The position numbers were made by a program, and so were the translations under genes. The notes below the pieces were generated by a model. The model was not told the origin of the DNA. It did not search any database and worked only from the letters and a program-made list of their open reading frames with translations. DNA of 64,000 nucleotides from a virus (taxonomy: Duplodnaviria; Heunggongvirae; Uroviricota; Caudoviricetes). The stretch is from the IMG/VR virus record IMGVR_UViG_2731957818_000004. One strand, given 5' to 3'. Shown piece after piece: positions 51,041 to 59,949 of this stretch. Position 1 is the stretch's first letter. Each line of letters begins with the position of its first letter.

Positions 51041-53401
51041 AATATCGAAGCTCGTTATGTCGGCATTTATTGCCATTGCTTCGGCATAAGTGCGACGCTC
51101 ACCATCAGCGCAAAGCAAACGTGCCGTTTTATGAATTTTCCGCGTAGAACCATCATCAAGTGACACTGTCACCCAGCCTTTCTCCGCTCGCTTAATGAAG
51201 TCGCCACCAATGGATTTCATTTTTTCCATATCTTTTTTCCCGATCGCTTTCCTGACCGAGTCTGCTTCCGCCATTGAGAACCCCGCCAGGATTCGCGTAG
51301 CAGCCATGATTTGCTCCTGATAAATCAGTACGCCGTTTGTATCGCGAGATATATCGTCTAGCATTGGGTGCAAGGAATGTGGTGGCATGAAGCCTTTGGC
51401 CACAGAAACGTAGTCATCCAACATGCCTGACTGGATGGGGCCGGGGCGGAAGAGCGCGGTGGTCGCGACAACCGTTTTAAAGCTCATTGGCTCGATACCG
51501 CTACCCAGATCTCTAAGCAGCTTGCGCATTGGGCCAGATTCCAGCTGGAAGACGCCCTGTGTGTAGCCAGCTGCGAAACCATCCAGAACTTTGCGGTCGT
51601 CGAGTGGAATGGCGTCGAGGTTGATATCGTTGCCAGTGCTCTCTTTGATGTAACGCTTTGCGCTATCCAGCAGATCGAGCGTGGCCAGACCGAGAACGTC
51701 CAGCTTAATCAGCCCCATCGCCTCGCAGTAACGTTTATCGAACGCAATACAGCGAGCATTGCCACGCAGCTCGACGGGCGTGCGCTCTACCAGTGGAACG
51801 CCAGCGACGATCATCCCCGCAGCGTGGCGACCAAAACCACGCATCAGGCTTTGCAGCTTACACGCCGCTTTGAACGCTTCCGGGTATTTCGTGGCGTATT
51901 TGTCCAGGCTGGCCAGTTGCTCGCGCAGCTCTTCCAGCGACAGGCTATCGTCCTCCAGATTCTTGAACTCTTTGGATACCGCCATATCCGCAGCGTCGAC
52001 ACCGTAAATACGCGCAGTGTCACGCAGCGCCGAAGCAGCGCCCAGATAGGTGAAGTTCGGAATACCGGCAACGTAATCTTCGCCATAGCGTTCATTCAGA
52101 TACTCGATCACCTCATGACGACGTGCCTGGCTGAAGTCCAGATCCGCATCCGGCAAGTCGAGACGTTCAGGGTTAATGAAACGCTCAAACAGAAGACCGT
52201 GACGGATAGGATCAACGTTGGTTATGCCTATGCACCACGCCACCAGAGACCCGGCAGAGGAACCACGACCTGGCCCGACAGGAATGCCAGTTTCACGGCT
52301 GTGATTCATCAGGTCGCGCACCATCAGGAAGTAGCCACAGAAGCCCAAGCGGGTCAGCGTGTCCATTTCGTACTTCAGGCGATCAACATACACACGGTGC
52401 TCAGAAGCCGGTGGTGTGTAGCCAAATTCTTTGGTAGTAAGACGCTTGCGTAGCCCCGCGACAGCCAGCTTCATCAGCGTTGCAGGCTCGTCGTCTGCCA
52501 TCTTGGGCAGTGCTGGTGGCAATTCATGCCAGCGCCATGTGCAGGCTTCAATAATGGTGTCCTGCGTTGTTGAGGCCATTGCAGCTGTTACCGGCACATC
52601 CATTCGAACGGAGAAGGCTTTCAGCGCTTCAAGGAGATGGCGGCGACCATTAACGGCGTTATCTCGCTGGTGGGGAATACGCAGACGATGCGGCTGGTCG
52701 ATTTTGATGTTGTTCGTAACCATGTGCGCAATGTCTTTAATGTCAGCGTCGTCGACCGCTTCGTAATAAGCGGGATAGAACGCCACTGGCTCTATTTTCA
52801 GTGCGCTCGCCACTTTCATCGCCCGGACGTTAATCTGGTCGTAGAATGGGGTAGGGTGCGGATAAACCACGCTGTAGAAGTTATCGCGTCCTCCAGCTGT
52901 CACCAGCGTCCCGATAATCTTTGCGAAGTCCCGGCGCTGGAATACACTGCCAATGTCGGACGTCAGCAGGATGATGTTGCCTTTGGCATATGCGGCCGCC
53001 AGCTGGTCAAGTGCCAGACGCGGGACAAAGTAGAATTGCTCGCGCTTGTTCGCTAAGGTCATCAGTTCGCACACGTCGCGATAACCTTGCTCATTCTTTA
53101 TCAGTGCCGTGAAGCAGTAGCTGCGATCACGCACCAATGATTCCATACATCCCCCTGACTCTTTCGCCAGGCGGGCGCGGTGCTCGTATGTCGGATCGTC
53201 GACCACATTCAGCTTAACACCACAAATAACCGCCATGTCGTCGCCAGCGGCACGCTGCAGGGGGATCACACTGGCAATGTTCATGCTGTCAGCGGAAATG
53301 ACAGCGGTGTAGCCAGCGTCTCTCGCGATTCTCACCGCGTTTTCTGCTTTTAGAGCCGACTCTCCCAGGGAGAAGTCAGTTCTGACCATCAGAGCCTTCA
53401 T
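51038..53401 (-). CDS. dnaE: DNA polymerase III alpha (DnaE)-like, N-terminal fragment (PHP-like, palm, thumb).
   Basis: LLFERFINPERLDLPDADLDFSQARRHEVIEYL matches the DnaE palm catalytic region FERFLNPERVSMPDFDVDF...R..VI.Y. About 44 non-homologous residues precede the stop. Confidence 0.8.
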   Translation of the reverse strand: MKALMVRTDFSLGESALKAENAVRIARDAGYTAVISADSMNIASVIPLQRAAGDDMAVICGVKLNVVDDPTYEHRARLAKESGGCMESLVRDRSYCFTALIKNEQGYRDVCELMTLANKREQFYFVPRLALDQLAAAYAKGNIILLTSDIGSVFQRRDFAKIIGTLVTAGGRDNFYSVVYPHPTPFYDQINVRAMKVASALKIEPVAFYPAYYEAVDDADIKDIAHMVTNNIKIDQPHRLRIPHQRDNAVNGRRHLLEALKAFSVRMDVPVTAAMASTTQDTIIEACTWRWHELPPALPKMADDEPATLMKLAVAGLRKRLTTKEFGYTPPASEHRVYVDRLKYEMDTLTRLGFCGYFLMVRDLMNHSRETGIPVGPGRGSSAGSLVAWCIGITNVDPIRHGLLFERFINPERLDLPDADLDFSQARRHEVIEYLNERYGEDYVAGIPNFTYLGAASALRDTARIYGVDAADMAVSKEFKNLEDDSLSLEELREQLASLDKYATKYPEAFKAACKLQSLMRGFGRHAAGMIVAGVPLVERTPVELRGNARCIAFDKRYCEAMGLIKLDVLGLATLDLLDSAKRYIKESTGNDINLDAIPLDDRKVLDGFAAGYTQGVFQLESGPMRKLLRDLGSGIEPMSFKTVVATTALFRPGPIQSGMLDDYVSVAKGFMPPHSLHPMLDDISRDTNGVLIYQEQIMAATRILAGFSMAEADSVRKAIGKKDMEKMKSIGGDFIKRAEKGWVTVSLDDGSTRKIHKTARLLCADGERRTYAEAMAINADITSFDI

Positions 53402-53579
53402 GTGTTTTTACCTTTCTGGTTTTCTTGATTTTGTCATTGGGGAAGCCAACGAACTTCCCATACATCGAAATCGCAACCTCTTTGGCTGACTGGTGGCACT
53501 CGGGCCTATCCGGACACGCCAGACAAGCCCGGCCAGTTTCAGACGCTGCGATAAGAGAGCCGAAACATCCTTTACGCAC
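53376..53579 (-). CDS. Possible small Zn-ribbon protein with a GTG start.
   Basis: C..........C..C......C pattern. No clear RBS. Overlaps the dnaE start by 26 nt. Confidence 0.25.
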   Translation of the reverse strand: MRKGCFGSLIAASETGRACLACPDRPECHQSAKEVAISMYGKFVGFPNDKIKKTRKVKTHEGSDGQN

Positions 53580-53581
53580 GA

Positions 53582-54817
53582 TTAACCGAAGATCTTCAGA
53601 ACCACTTCACGCGCTGCCTGTGCAGACGTGGATGGAAGTTTATTGATAAACGACTTTTCGATGCCGGCAGAGAAATCACCGCGCATCATTCCGATTTTTG
53701 CGGACAGCAGCAGCTCGCGAGGGCCGATTGGCTGGCTGATCAGATGCTGTTCATAACCTTCACGGACAAGGTTCGCGAATTTCACCATCTTCTCGGCGTA
53801 TTCGCGGATGACGCCAGCCTCAGCCAGCATGTTGACTTCAGCCTTAGTGCTCATGTACTTCACGTTCGATACAATGCCGAAGCGCGAGAAGTTCGCCGCG
53901 TTCTGGATGTTCGTTCCTTGATAGAGACCCGTTTCGTCGCCAGAGCCGTTAGTGTTGCCAGTGCCAATGAAGGCAAAGCGTTTATGCGGAGTGATACGGC
54001 GCCAGTCCGGAGTTGCCTCTTTGATGATCAGCGGTTCTCCTTCAAGAACTGGCTGGTACACACCCAGAATCTGCGGGAACGCGAAGTCATATTCATCAGC
54101 GAGGTACACCCAGCCATTTTTCATCGCCAGCGCCAGCAAACCAGGCTCGAAGTAGGTGGAACCATCGCGAGCGAGTATCTGGCCTGTAACGTGTGCCTCT
54201 TCCATAGACGCCGTATGCTGGGCGCGGATCAGTGGTCGATTCAGCAGGGCGCATAGCTGCGTAGGAAGAGAAGATTTACCGGTTCCTGCATGACCCCAGA
54301 GATAGCCTGGGATTCCGATTTCCAGCATCATGAAGATGTCTTTAATCAGGTCGAAGTCGCCATACACATAGTTCTTCTTCGCTTCCGGTACGAACTCCGG
54401 ATATGGCGTGTTGACGTTGACTGTCACCTGTAGTGGTTTTCCGCGTGGCGTTCCCAGCTCTTTGATCGTTACGCCAAGCAGCTCGTGCGCGGCCACCAGT
54501 TCGGTCTTGTATTCGACCGTTCCTGCGTAGCCCGGATGTGCGCTAATCTCCGCTACTTTTCCTTCGCCTGAATGCTTTTCGGCACGCTTCTCATTGAGTT
54601 TGGCCAGTGCCGTGCGAGAGATCGTTGGTTCATCCGGAAACGCAGTGGTGTACATTTTCACCACCTCGTCCACGTCCAGACCTTTCGCTGACTCAGGAAT
54701 GTTCTCGCAGCGGCCCATAGAGATATGGGATTTCAGGTAATGAAAGGATTTGCCACACCACTTGCAGACGATGGCTTCCGGCAAATGTTCTTCTTGCTGT
54801 AGTGCAGTAGCGGTCAT
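53582..54817 (-). CDS. CobS/MoxR-like AAA+ ATPase.
   Basis: Walker A GHAGTGKSSL and Walker B VYLADEYD. Paired with the VWA protein. Confidence 0.7.
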   Translation of the reverse strand: MTATALQQEEHLPEAIVCKWCGKSFHYLKSHISMGRCENIPESAKGLDVDEVVKMYTTAFPDEPTISRTALAKLNEKRAEKHSGEGKVAEISAHPGYAGTVEYKTELVAAHELLGVTIKELGTPRGKPLQVTVNVNTPYPEFVPEAKKNYVYGDFDLIKDIFMMLEIGIPGYLWGHAGTGKSSLPTQLCALLNRPLIRAQHTASMEEAHVTGQILARDGSTYFEPGLLALAMKNGWVYLADEYDFAFPQILGVYQPVLEGEPLIIKEATPDWRRITPHKRFAFIGTGNTNGSGDETGLYQGTNIQNAANFSRFGIVSNVKYMSTKAEVNMLAEAGVIREYAEKMVKFANLVREGYEQHLISQPIGPRELLLSAKIGMMRGDFSAGIEKSFINKLPSTSAQAAREVVLKIFG

Positions 54818-54876
54818 GTGTTTTCCTTACTGTTTGTCGTTCGTGGGGTATATCTTATATAAATATATTAGGCTGT

Positions 54877-54895
54877 ATAGTAAGTGATTACTTAT
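54877..54895. promoter_or_regulatory. Class B-like ATAGTAAGTGATTACTTAT.
   Basis: Upstream of the CobS-like gene. Confidence 0.45.
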
Positions 54896-54912
54896 TTTTA
54901 CGGGTAAAGCAA

Positions 54913-57291
54913 TTACCCAAGAATGATACGAGATAGCTCTGTGACGACTGACGGCCCTAACTCTTCTACGCTGTTTACCAGTGCGTAATTTTTGTAGTAA
55001 CGCCGTGGTGCGTCGGTCAGAACGCCGATAGCCATCAAATCGATGTCACTCAACGTCTCAATTTCCTTGGTGACGGTTCGCAAATGCTGATGGAACCCAT
55101 CGCCTGCAGCACATGGCGCCCCGTCGCTCATAACCAGCATGATCTTCTTGTCCTCCATTCGCCCTGCAAACAGAGTCGCCAGCTGCGCGACGCTCTCACC
55201 ATCGACGTTATTGAGCAGGGGGAACGTCTCACACACGCAGCCCATGCGGGCGCGGATCTCTGGAGAGTTAGCTTTCTCATTCCAGTTTTTGATAATGGGC
55301 AGCATTAGCGCCTCGAAGCGAGTAAACCCGCGCTTCGACATGGTTTCATAATCTGGACTACCAAACGTGGTAAAGCCGGTGATGATGTTAGGCACATTGA
55401 TACGATCCAGAGCATCCGCAATGGTGTAGGCGCTTGCGAGTGCCAACTGAATCTTCCTGCCGCCCATTGAGCCGGACAAGTCGATCACTTGCTGGACGCA
55501 CGCGTTCACCGCTCTGTGGTCTTCTTTTTTGCGGAACACGCGGTCGTCGTTCATTGCCAGACGATACAGGTTCGCGCCATGTATCCGCCCACGTCTCTGG
55601 CCTGGGATAAACTGAACTCGGTTGCGGCTGGCGATAGCTCGCTCCAGGTCTTTGGCCAGAGTCGAAGAAACGCCTGCTGACAGATGTTTTTCGATTTTCA
55701 GTTCAAAGAGCTTTCTGCCTTCCGGAACCATGCGGTAGCGATCGACCGGTGAGTGCATCGGGATTGCGCCGAACGTCTTTCTGGTGCGCTTTACATGCTC
55801 TTCAGCCTCATCAATCAACCCGATAAAGTCGTATGAACGATCGTATGGGCGATACTCAGAAAGTGAGGTGCTCATAAGCTCTTTGCTGATGGTGGCCGAC
55901 AGTGCGTCTTCGGTCATTTCGCCTGTTCCGTCTTCCATCTCGTCGAGCGCCTTGAGTGCGTCCTCCAGAGTCATTTCATCCGGAGCAGGAACAAAGCCTG
56001 ATTCACTGTCTTCAGGCGCTTCCGCGGCATCCTCATTTTCTTTACCTTCGCCGTCTGTGTGATCGGCGGCGTCATCTTCCTCTTCGCCTTCTCCTTCGGA
56101 CTCCCCATGACCGGCATCGGAGTCTTCGCCGTCATCACTATCACCATCACCATCACCATCGCCAGCGGCGCCAGAGCCATAACCATCGGAGTCATCGGCG
56201 TCATCGCGAATGCCATCACCAGGCGTTGGAGAGCCAGTGTCATCACTACCACCTTCGTCATCAGAATCACCTGATTCCATGCCGGCATCATCGGATTCTG
56301 GGGTGTCTCCTGATTCCTCTTCGCCTGCTTCTGTATATTTACTTTCTGTATCACTAATTTCTTTATCTTCTGTAGGTAAGTCCTTATATACTGATTCAGG
56401 CAAATCAGAATCCCCAGACTCTTCCTCTTCTGAGGCATCATCTTCTTGCTCTTCCTTGTCGTCGTCTTCGCCTTTGGTACGCTTTGGTGCTGATTCACTA
56501 TGAGTCGGTTCATCACCGGCTTCTGGGGTTTCCTCTGACTCGTCCTCACTCTTCGACGGCTTCCTAGCAGACGATTTCAGCTCTGGTAATTTGCCCTCTG
56601 GCTTGTCTTTCATATCCTGCATGATTTGGGCGATAGCAGCTGCGACCTTCACACAGTCTTCTGTGTTCGACATATTGCGAACGGCCACGTCGATACCATG
56701 CTCTTTGAGCAAGGCCACAGGCTTCTCGATGAGGTGCCAGTGTTCTTCCATAAAGTCGATGAAAGGGCTTTGGCCATCCCAGGCGCGAACGACCGGGCAA
56801 AGGAAGAATTTCAGGAACAATTCACGCTGGTTGCCGTGGCAGATTGAAACCGCCTCTGACACTTTGCCCTTGAAGTATTTGTCGATCACCAGGTTCTGTG
56901 TGGCCAGTAAATTGCGACGGGTTCCGTTGAATACCTGTCCCATTCTGCGTTCAATAAAAACGTCTTCCAGCGCGTTCCAAAGCCCGGTAGACGGAGCCTT
57001 TCCTTTCTCGCGCATCTTCATTGCGACTTTCGGATCAGTAAAGAGGATATGGGCTACCTCATGGTCGAGAAAACCACGTACTGCGTTCATGAGGGTTGGT
57101 GACGCGTCGTCCGGTATAGATGGGATGTTTACCAGCACTGGTTCGCCGCGCCGGTTGTAGCGGACATATGCTTCATTGCCTCGCTCTGCAACAGGTATCT
57201 GTTTGCCTGATAGCATCGCTACAACTCGTTTCACGCAGTCGCGGAAGTCCTGTACCTCTTTCAGCACAGCTCTGGTCATGGCTTTGGACAT
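54913..57291 (-). CDS. CobT-like protein with a long D/E-rich linker and a C-terminal von Willebrand A domain. Start moved to MSKAMT.
   Basis: MIDAS motif VIDLSGSMGG. An acidic low-complexity tract of about 250 aa. AAGGAAA RBS before the ATG at 57291. The track N-terminus translates the class A UTR. Confidence 0.65.
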   Translation of the reverse strand: MSKAMTRAVLKEVQDFRDCVKRVVAMLSGKQIPVAERGNEAYVRYNRRGEPVLVNIPSIPDDASPTLMNAVRGFLDHEVAHILFTDPKVAMKMREKGKAPSTGLWNALEDVFIERRMGQVFNGTRRNLLATQNLVIDKYFKGKVSEAVSICHGNQRELFLKFFLCPVVRAWDGQSPFIDFMEEHWHLIEKPVALLKEHGIDVAVRNMSNTEDCVKVAAAIAQIMQDMKDKPEGKLPELKSSARKPSKSEDESEETPEAGDEPTHSESAPKRTKGEDDDKEEQEDDASEEEESGDSDLPESVYKDLPTEDKEISDTESKYTEAGEEESGDTPESDDAGMESGDSDDEGGSDDTGSPTPGDGIRDDADDSDGYGSGAAGDGDGDGDSDDGEDSDAGHGESEGEGEEEDDAADHTDGEGKENEDAAEAPEDSESGFVPAPDEMTLEDALKALDEMEDGTGEMTEDALSATISKELMSTSLSEYRPYDRSYDFIGLIDEAEEHVKRTRKTFGAIPMHSPVDRYRMVPEGRKLFELKIEKHLSAGVSSTLAKDLERAIASRNRVQFIPGQRRGRIHGANLYRLAMNDDRVFRKKEDHRAVNACVQQVIDLSGSMGGRKIQLALASAYTIADALDRINVPNIITGFTTFGSPDYETMSKRGFTRFEALMLPIIKNWNEKANSPEIRARMGCVCETFPLLNNVDGESVAQLATLFAGRMEDKKIMLVMSDGAPCAAGDGFHQHLRTVTKEIETLSDIDLMAIGVLTDAPRRYYKNYALVNSVEELGPSVVTELSRIILG

Positions 57292-57309
57292 GAGAATTTC
57301 CTTGTTATT

Positions 57310-57325
57310 AAAACAATTTGTTTTC
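57310..57325. promoter_or_regulatory. Class A palindrome with perfect 8-bp arms, in the leader of the CobT/VWA gene.
   Basis: aaaacaatttgttttc. Confidence 0.6.
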
Positions 57326-57400
57326 TGATGTGCGTAATTTATCACTGTACGAACAGGCGACTAAGCTGTTCGTACAGGCTTCTATCGGCAGGAATGTGTG

Positions 57401-57613
57401 TTAAATGGTTCTCACGGCAAGGGAGCCGCAACCAGTATTGATGAGTGTGAAATGTTTATTTTTTAGTTCAAAAGTGAAAACCGTCGTATCAACCATCTCC
57501 ACGGGAAGCTCTTCAGATTCTAGTTCTGTCAGAATCGTCGCAACGCCATCCAGCCCAATCGCATATGCGTGTCCAACCTCAAGGGCGGTCAATTTAGAAG
57601 TTATATTTTTCAT
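57401..57613 (-). CDS. Small hypothetical protein.
   Basis: 70-aa ORF. Confidence 0.35.
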   Translation of the reverse strand: MKNITSKLTALEVGHAYAIGLDGVATILTELESEELPVEMVDTTVFTFELKNKHFTLINTGCGSLAVRTI

Positions 57614-57876
57614 TTCATATCATCCAACTGAACACATTTGAAAGTTCGGCAATACTACTACCTATTGTATCAATATGGAATGCACCTATATCAGATATGT
57701 CTTACTTTTCTCCGTAAGCGAATAGTGACAAATCGCCTAAAAACCATAGTATAATGGCGGTATGCCGGGATTTTGTTCCTACCGAAATTAAATAGATAAG
57801 TCTTTACAACCCTGGCCTTTGCTGTAATATCAGTAAGCACTTACCAGAGATAAACAAAACACGCAAGGTTCACTAC

Positions 57877-58263
57877 ATGGCTACCAACGAAACAGAGATC
57901 AAACAAGGTCGCTACGCAGCTTACATTGACTCGTTAATCACAATCTCGCCTAAAAGTCAGGCTACCATTGCCAAAGAGGTTGGGTACAAGAACGCCAACA
58001 ATCTCTCTCTCATCAAAAGCGGCAAAATCCCACTTCCAGTAGATAAGGTTCGAGCATTAGCCGAAGCGCTGGATGCAGATCCGGTTCGACTGATGCTGAT
58101 GGTTCTGGAAGAACGTCATCCTGAGCTGCTTGAGTTTTTTCGCGAAGAGGGCACTGCACCTCTCTCCGCTGATGAAAAACTCGTTCTAGAAGCGTTCCGT
58201 AACCGTTTTGACGGTCAACAAGGTGCGTCAGAAAAGGTGGTTGAGGCCATCAAGTCACTGTGA
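57877..58263 (+). CDS. XRE-family helix-turn-helix transcriptional regulator.
   Basis: QATIAKEVGYKNANNLSLIKSGKIPLPVDKVRALAEAL HTH pattern. Convergent with the recombinase gene. Confidence 0.55.
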   Translation: MATNETEIKQGRYAAYIDSLITISPKSQATIAKEVGYKNANNLSLIKSGKIPLPVDKVRALAEALDADPVRLMLMVLEERHPELLEFFREEGTAPLSADEKLVLEAFRNRFDGQQGASEKVVEAIKSL

Positions 58264-59361
58264 GAAATTTACACGAATAAGCTCGGTGGCTAGACGATCT
58301 CCCTTGAATTTGTGGTCTATCTCGTCTAAGTCTGTTTGATTAACGATGGATGCGATGTACGTTGAGAAGTTATTCAAGGCGTCTCGCATCTCATCCATAT
58401 AATCGTGGCGGTCATAGACGCGATCTATCCCTTCAAGACTGTGGTTCATAATCTTACGAGCCACCTCCTGACTGATCCCCAGAGCCGGAAAGTAACTGCG
58501 CGCGGTTCTTCGCAGATCGCGCGGGGTGAACGGCTCTAACTCCATCATTTCAGGACGCTCCAGAATCCTGCGCAATGACTGCGCTATGGCCACCTTAGAC
58601 ATTGGCACATCCTCGCCGCGCTTCTTGTTCGACGGGACAAGCCATTGGCTCCCCTTTCCGTACTCGAACAGTTTCTCAACACATTGCCGCATTAAGGGGC
58701 TTAACGGGAGACTGTGCTGTCGGCCCGATTTGTTGCGGGCGCCTTGATTCCATACATCACGCTGAAGGTTGAACTCACTCTTCTTCGCGCGGAGCACTTC
58801 ATCAGGGCGTCTGGCAGCTACAAGACAGAGTCTGGCAGCCCATTTCGTCCCTTCGCAAACGTTGAAGTAGTCCCAGACGTTCCAGAACACCCACACTTCG
58901 GCATCTGTCAGCTTCCGTTCCCGCGGCATGGGCTTAGCGCCCCCGGCGACTTTGTTTAGAGAGATGTCATTCAGCGGAGAGGTTTCAATTACACCCTGAA
59001 ATGCACACCAGCCAAGAAACTGCTTCATCAGCGAGAACACACGTCTGCCCTGGACAATCTTGCCTTCCAGGATCAGCGGGTTAACCAGCTGGTTGACCAG
59101 CACCCTATTTATGTCACTTACCTTAACATCAGCAATGTGTGGCATAACATGTATCAAAACACAATGGACGGCTATCTCCGGTCGACGTCTCGTTATCAAT
59201 AAAGATAAGCGAGTGAATAACATGAATGCCGATGAGAACCGCATGTCCCCATCCAGGTTAATGGTCGATACCGCCGACAGGCCAGCTGCCCATTCGAGAT
59301 AAGCAATGGCCTCGCGTGAGGTGTTTTCGGCTGCGCGTGCTTTATCAAAGGTGTTTTTCAT
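58255..59361 (-). CDS. Tyrosine site-specific recombinase (integrase / resolvase family).
   Basis: R (AARRPDE), DLRRTARS, MNHS and catalytic Y in DRVYDRHDY. A LexA-box-like site lies 22-41 nt upstream. Confidence 0.65.
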   Translation of the reverse strand: MKNTFDKARAAENTSREAIAYLEWAAGLSAVSTINLDGDMRFSSAFMLFTRLSLLITRRRPEIAVHCVLIHVMPHIADVKVSDINRVLVNQLVNPLILEGKIVQGRRVFSLMKQFLGWCAFQGVIETSPLNDISLNKVAGGAKPMPRERKLTDAEVWVFWNVWDYFNVCEGTKWAARLCLVAARRPDEVLRAKKSEFNLQRDVWNQGARNKSGRQHSLPLSPLMRQCVEKLFEYGKGSQWLVPSNKKRGEDVPMSKVAIAQSLRRILERPEMMELEPFTPRDLRRTARSYFPALGISQEVARKIMNHSLEGIDRVYDRHDYMDEMRDALNNFSTYIASIVNQTDLDEIDHKFKGDRLATELIRVNFSQ

Positions 59362-59386
59362 CGCTCACTCTCTGAGTGACGCCTTT

Positions 59387-59406
59387 AACTGTATGTTTGT
59401 ACAGTA
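59387..59406. promoter_or_regulatory. Candidate LexA (SOS) box AACTGTATGTTTGTACAGTA in the recombinase promoter.
   Basis: CTGT-N8-ACAG with an AT-rich spacer. Matches 16 of 20 positions of TACTGTATATATATACAGTA. Confidence 0.5.
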
Positions 59407-59455
59407 TATTAGGCACAAATTTTTATAGGATCAACACCAAAATAGCTGTTTTTGA

Positions 59456-59494
59456 CCAATGATTCCATACTTAATAGGTATGGAATCATTGAGA
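59456..59494. terminator. Perfect 14-bp inverted repeat CAATGATTCCATAC-N8-GTATGGAATCATTG.
   Basis: Seen directly. Lies after the 59533 gene and before the recombinase promoter. Confidence 0.4.
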
Positions 59495-59532
59495 GTCGAT
59501 TTTTTTAAATCTGAGAAACAAGCAAGATGATT

Positions 59533-59949
59533 TTAGCGGTTGTGAAAATCTTCAGCACAGGCTGAAAAGTGGGAGATTAACTGTGTGTTGGCGGCGCTCA
59601 TGAGATCGTGTGCTGGGGTAACAACTGCAAGAATGGAGTATCTGTCCGGATTCCACAAATGCTGTGCATAAACTAAATAAGTATTACTCTTCTTCTGCCG
59701 ATCTGGAGTGCGAGGTGGCCAGGGCTGTTCGTCGGGTAGCTTGATGTGGATGCGAGCGAGTTGAGCGTCTACGGCATAAGGTGGAAAAGTGAAGACGGCG
59801 TCACTGCCGAAGGTATCCGTTGTGGCGTTGTGCTCCTTGCAGTAAATAAATTCCTCTATGAGCTGCTGTTCCAATCCAGGGAACTTTTTGAAAGTGGGGT
59901 CTAAAAATGCGGCGCGTGTATCGGGGTTGATCTCGACAATCAGAGCCAT
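59533..59949 (-). CDS. Hypothetical protein; a resemblance to YafO-type toxins is possible but unverified.
   Basis: 138 aa, translationally coupled to the upstream periplasmic protein gene. Confidence 0.35.
   Translation of the reverse strand: MALIVEINPDTRAAFLDPTFKKFPGLEQQLIEEFIYCKEHNATTDTFGSDAVFTFPPYAVDAQLARIHIKLPDEQPWPPRTPDRQKKSNTYLVYAQHLWNPDRYSILAVVTPAHDLMSAANTQLISHFSACAEDFHNR

Noticed and set aside
49089-53401. Intein interrupting dnaE.
   Set aside because: There is no Cys/Ser/Thr at the junctions and no HN...C/S/T C-terminal splice motif. An in-frame stop, a separate promoter and an ATGA restart are present. A free-standing HNH insertion, or possibly a group I intron, is more consistent.
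59533-59949. Confident YafO-toxin assignment for the 138-aa protein.
   Set aside because: The resemblance was judged from memory of the E. coli sequence and could not be verified here. There is no YafN-like antitoxin upstream; the upstream gene instead encodes a signal-peptide protein.
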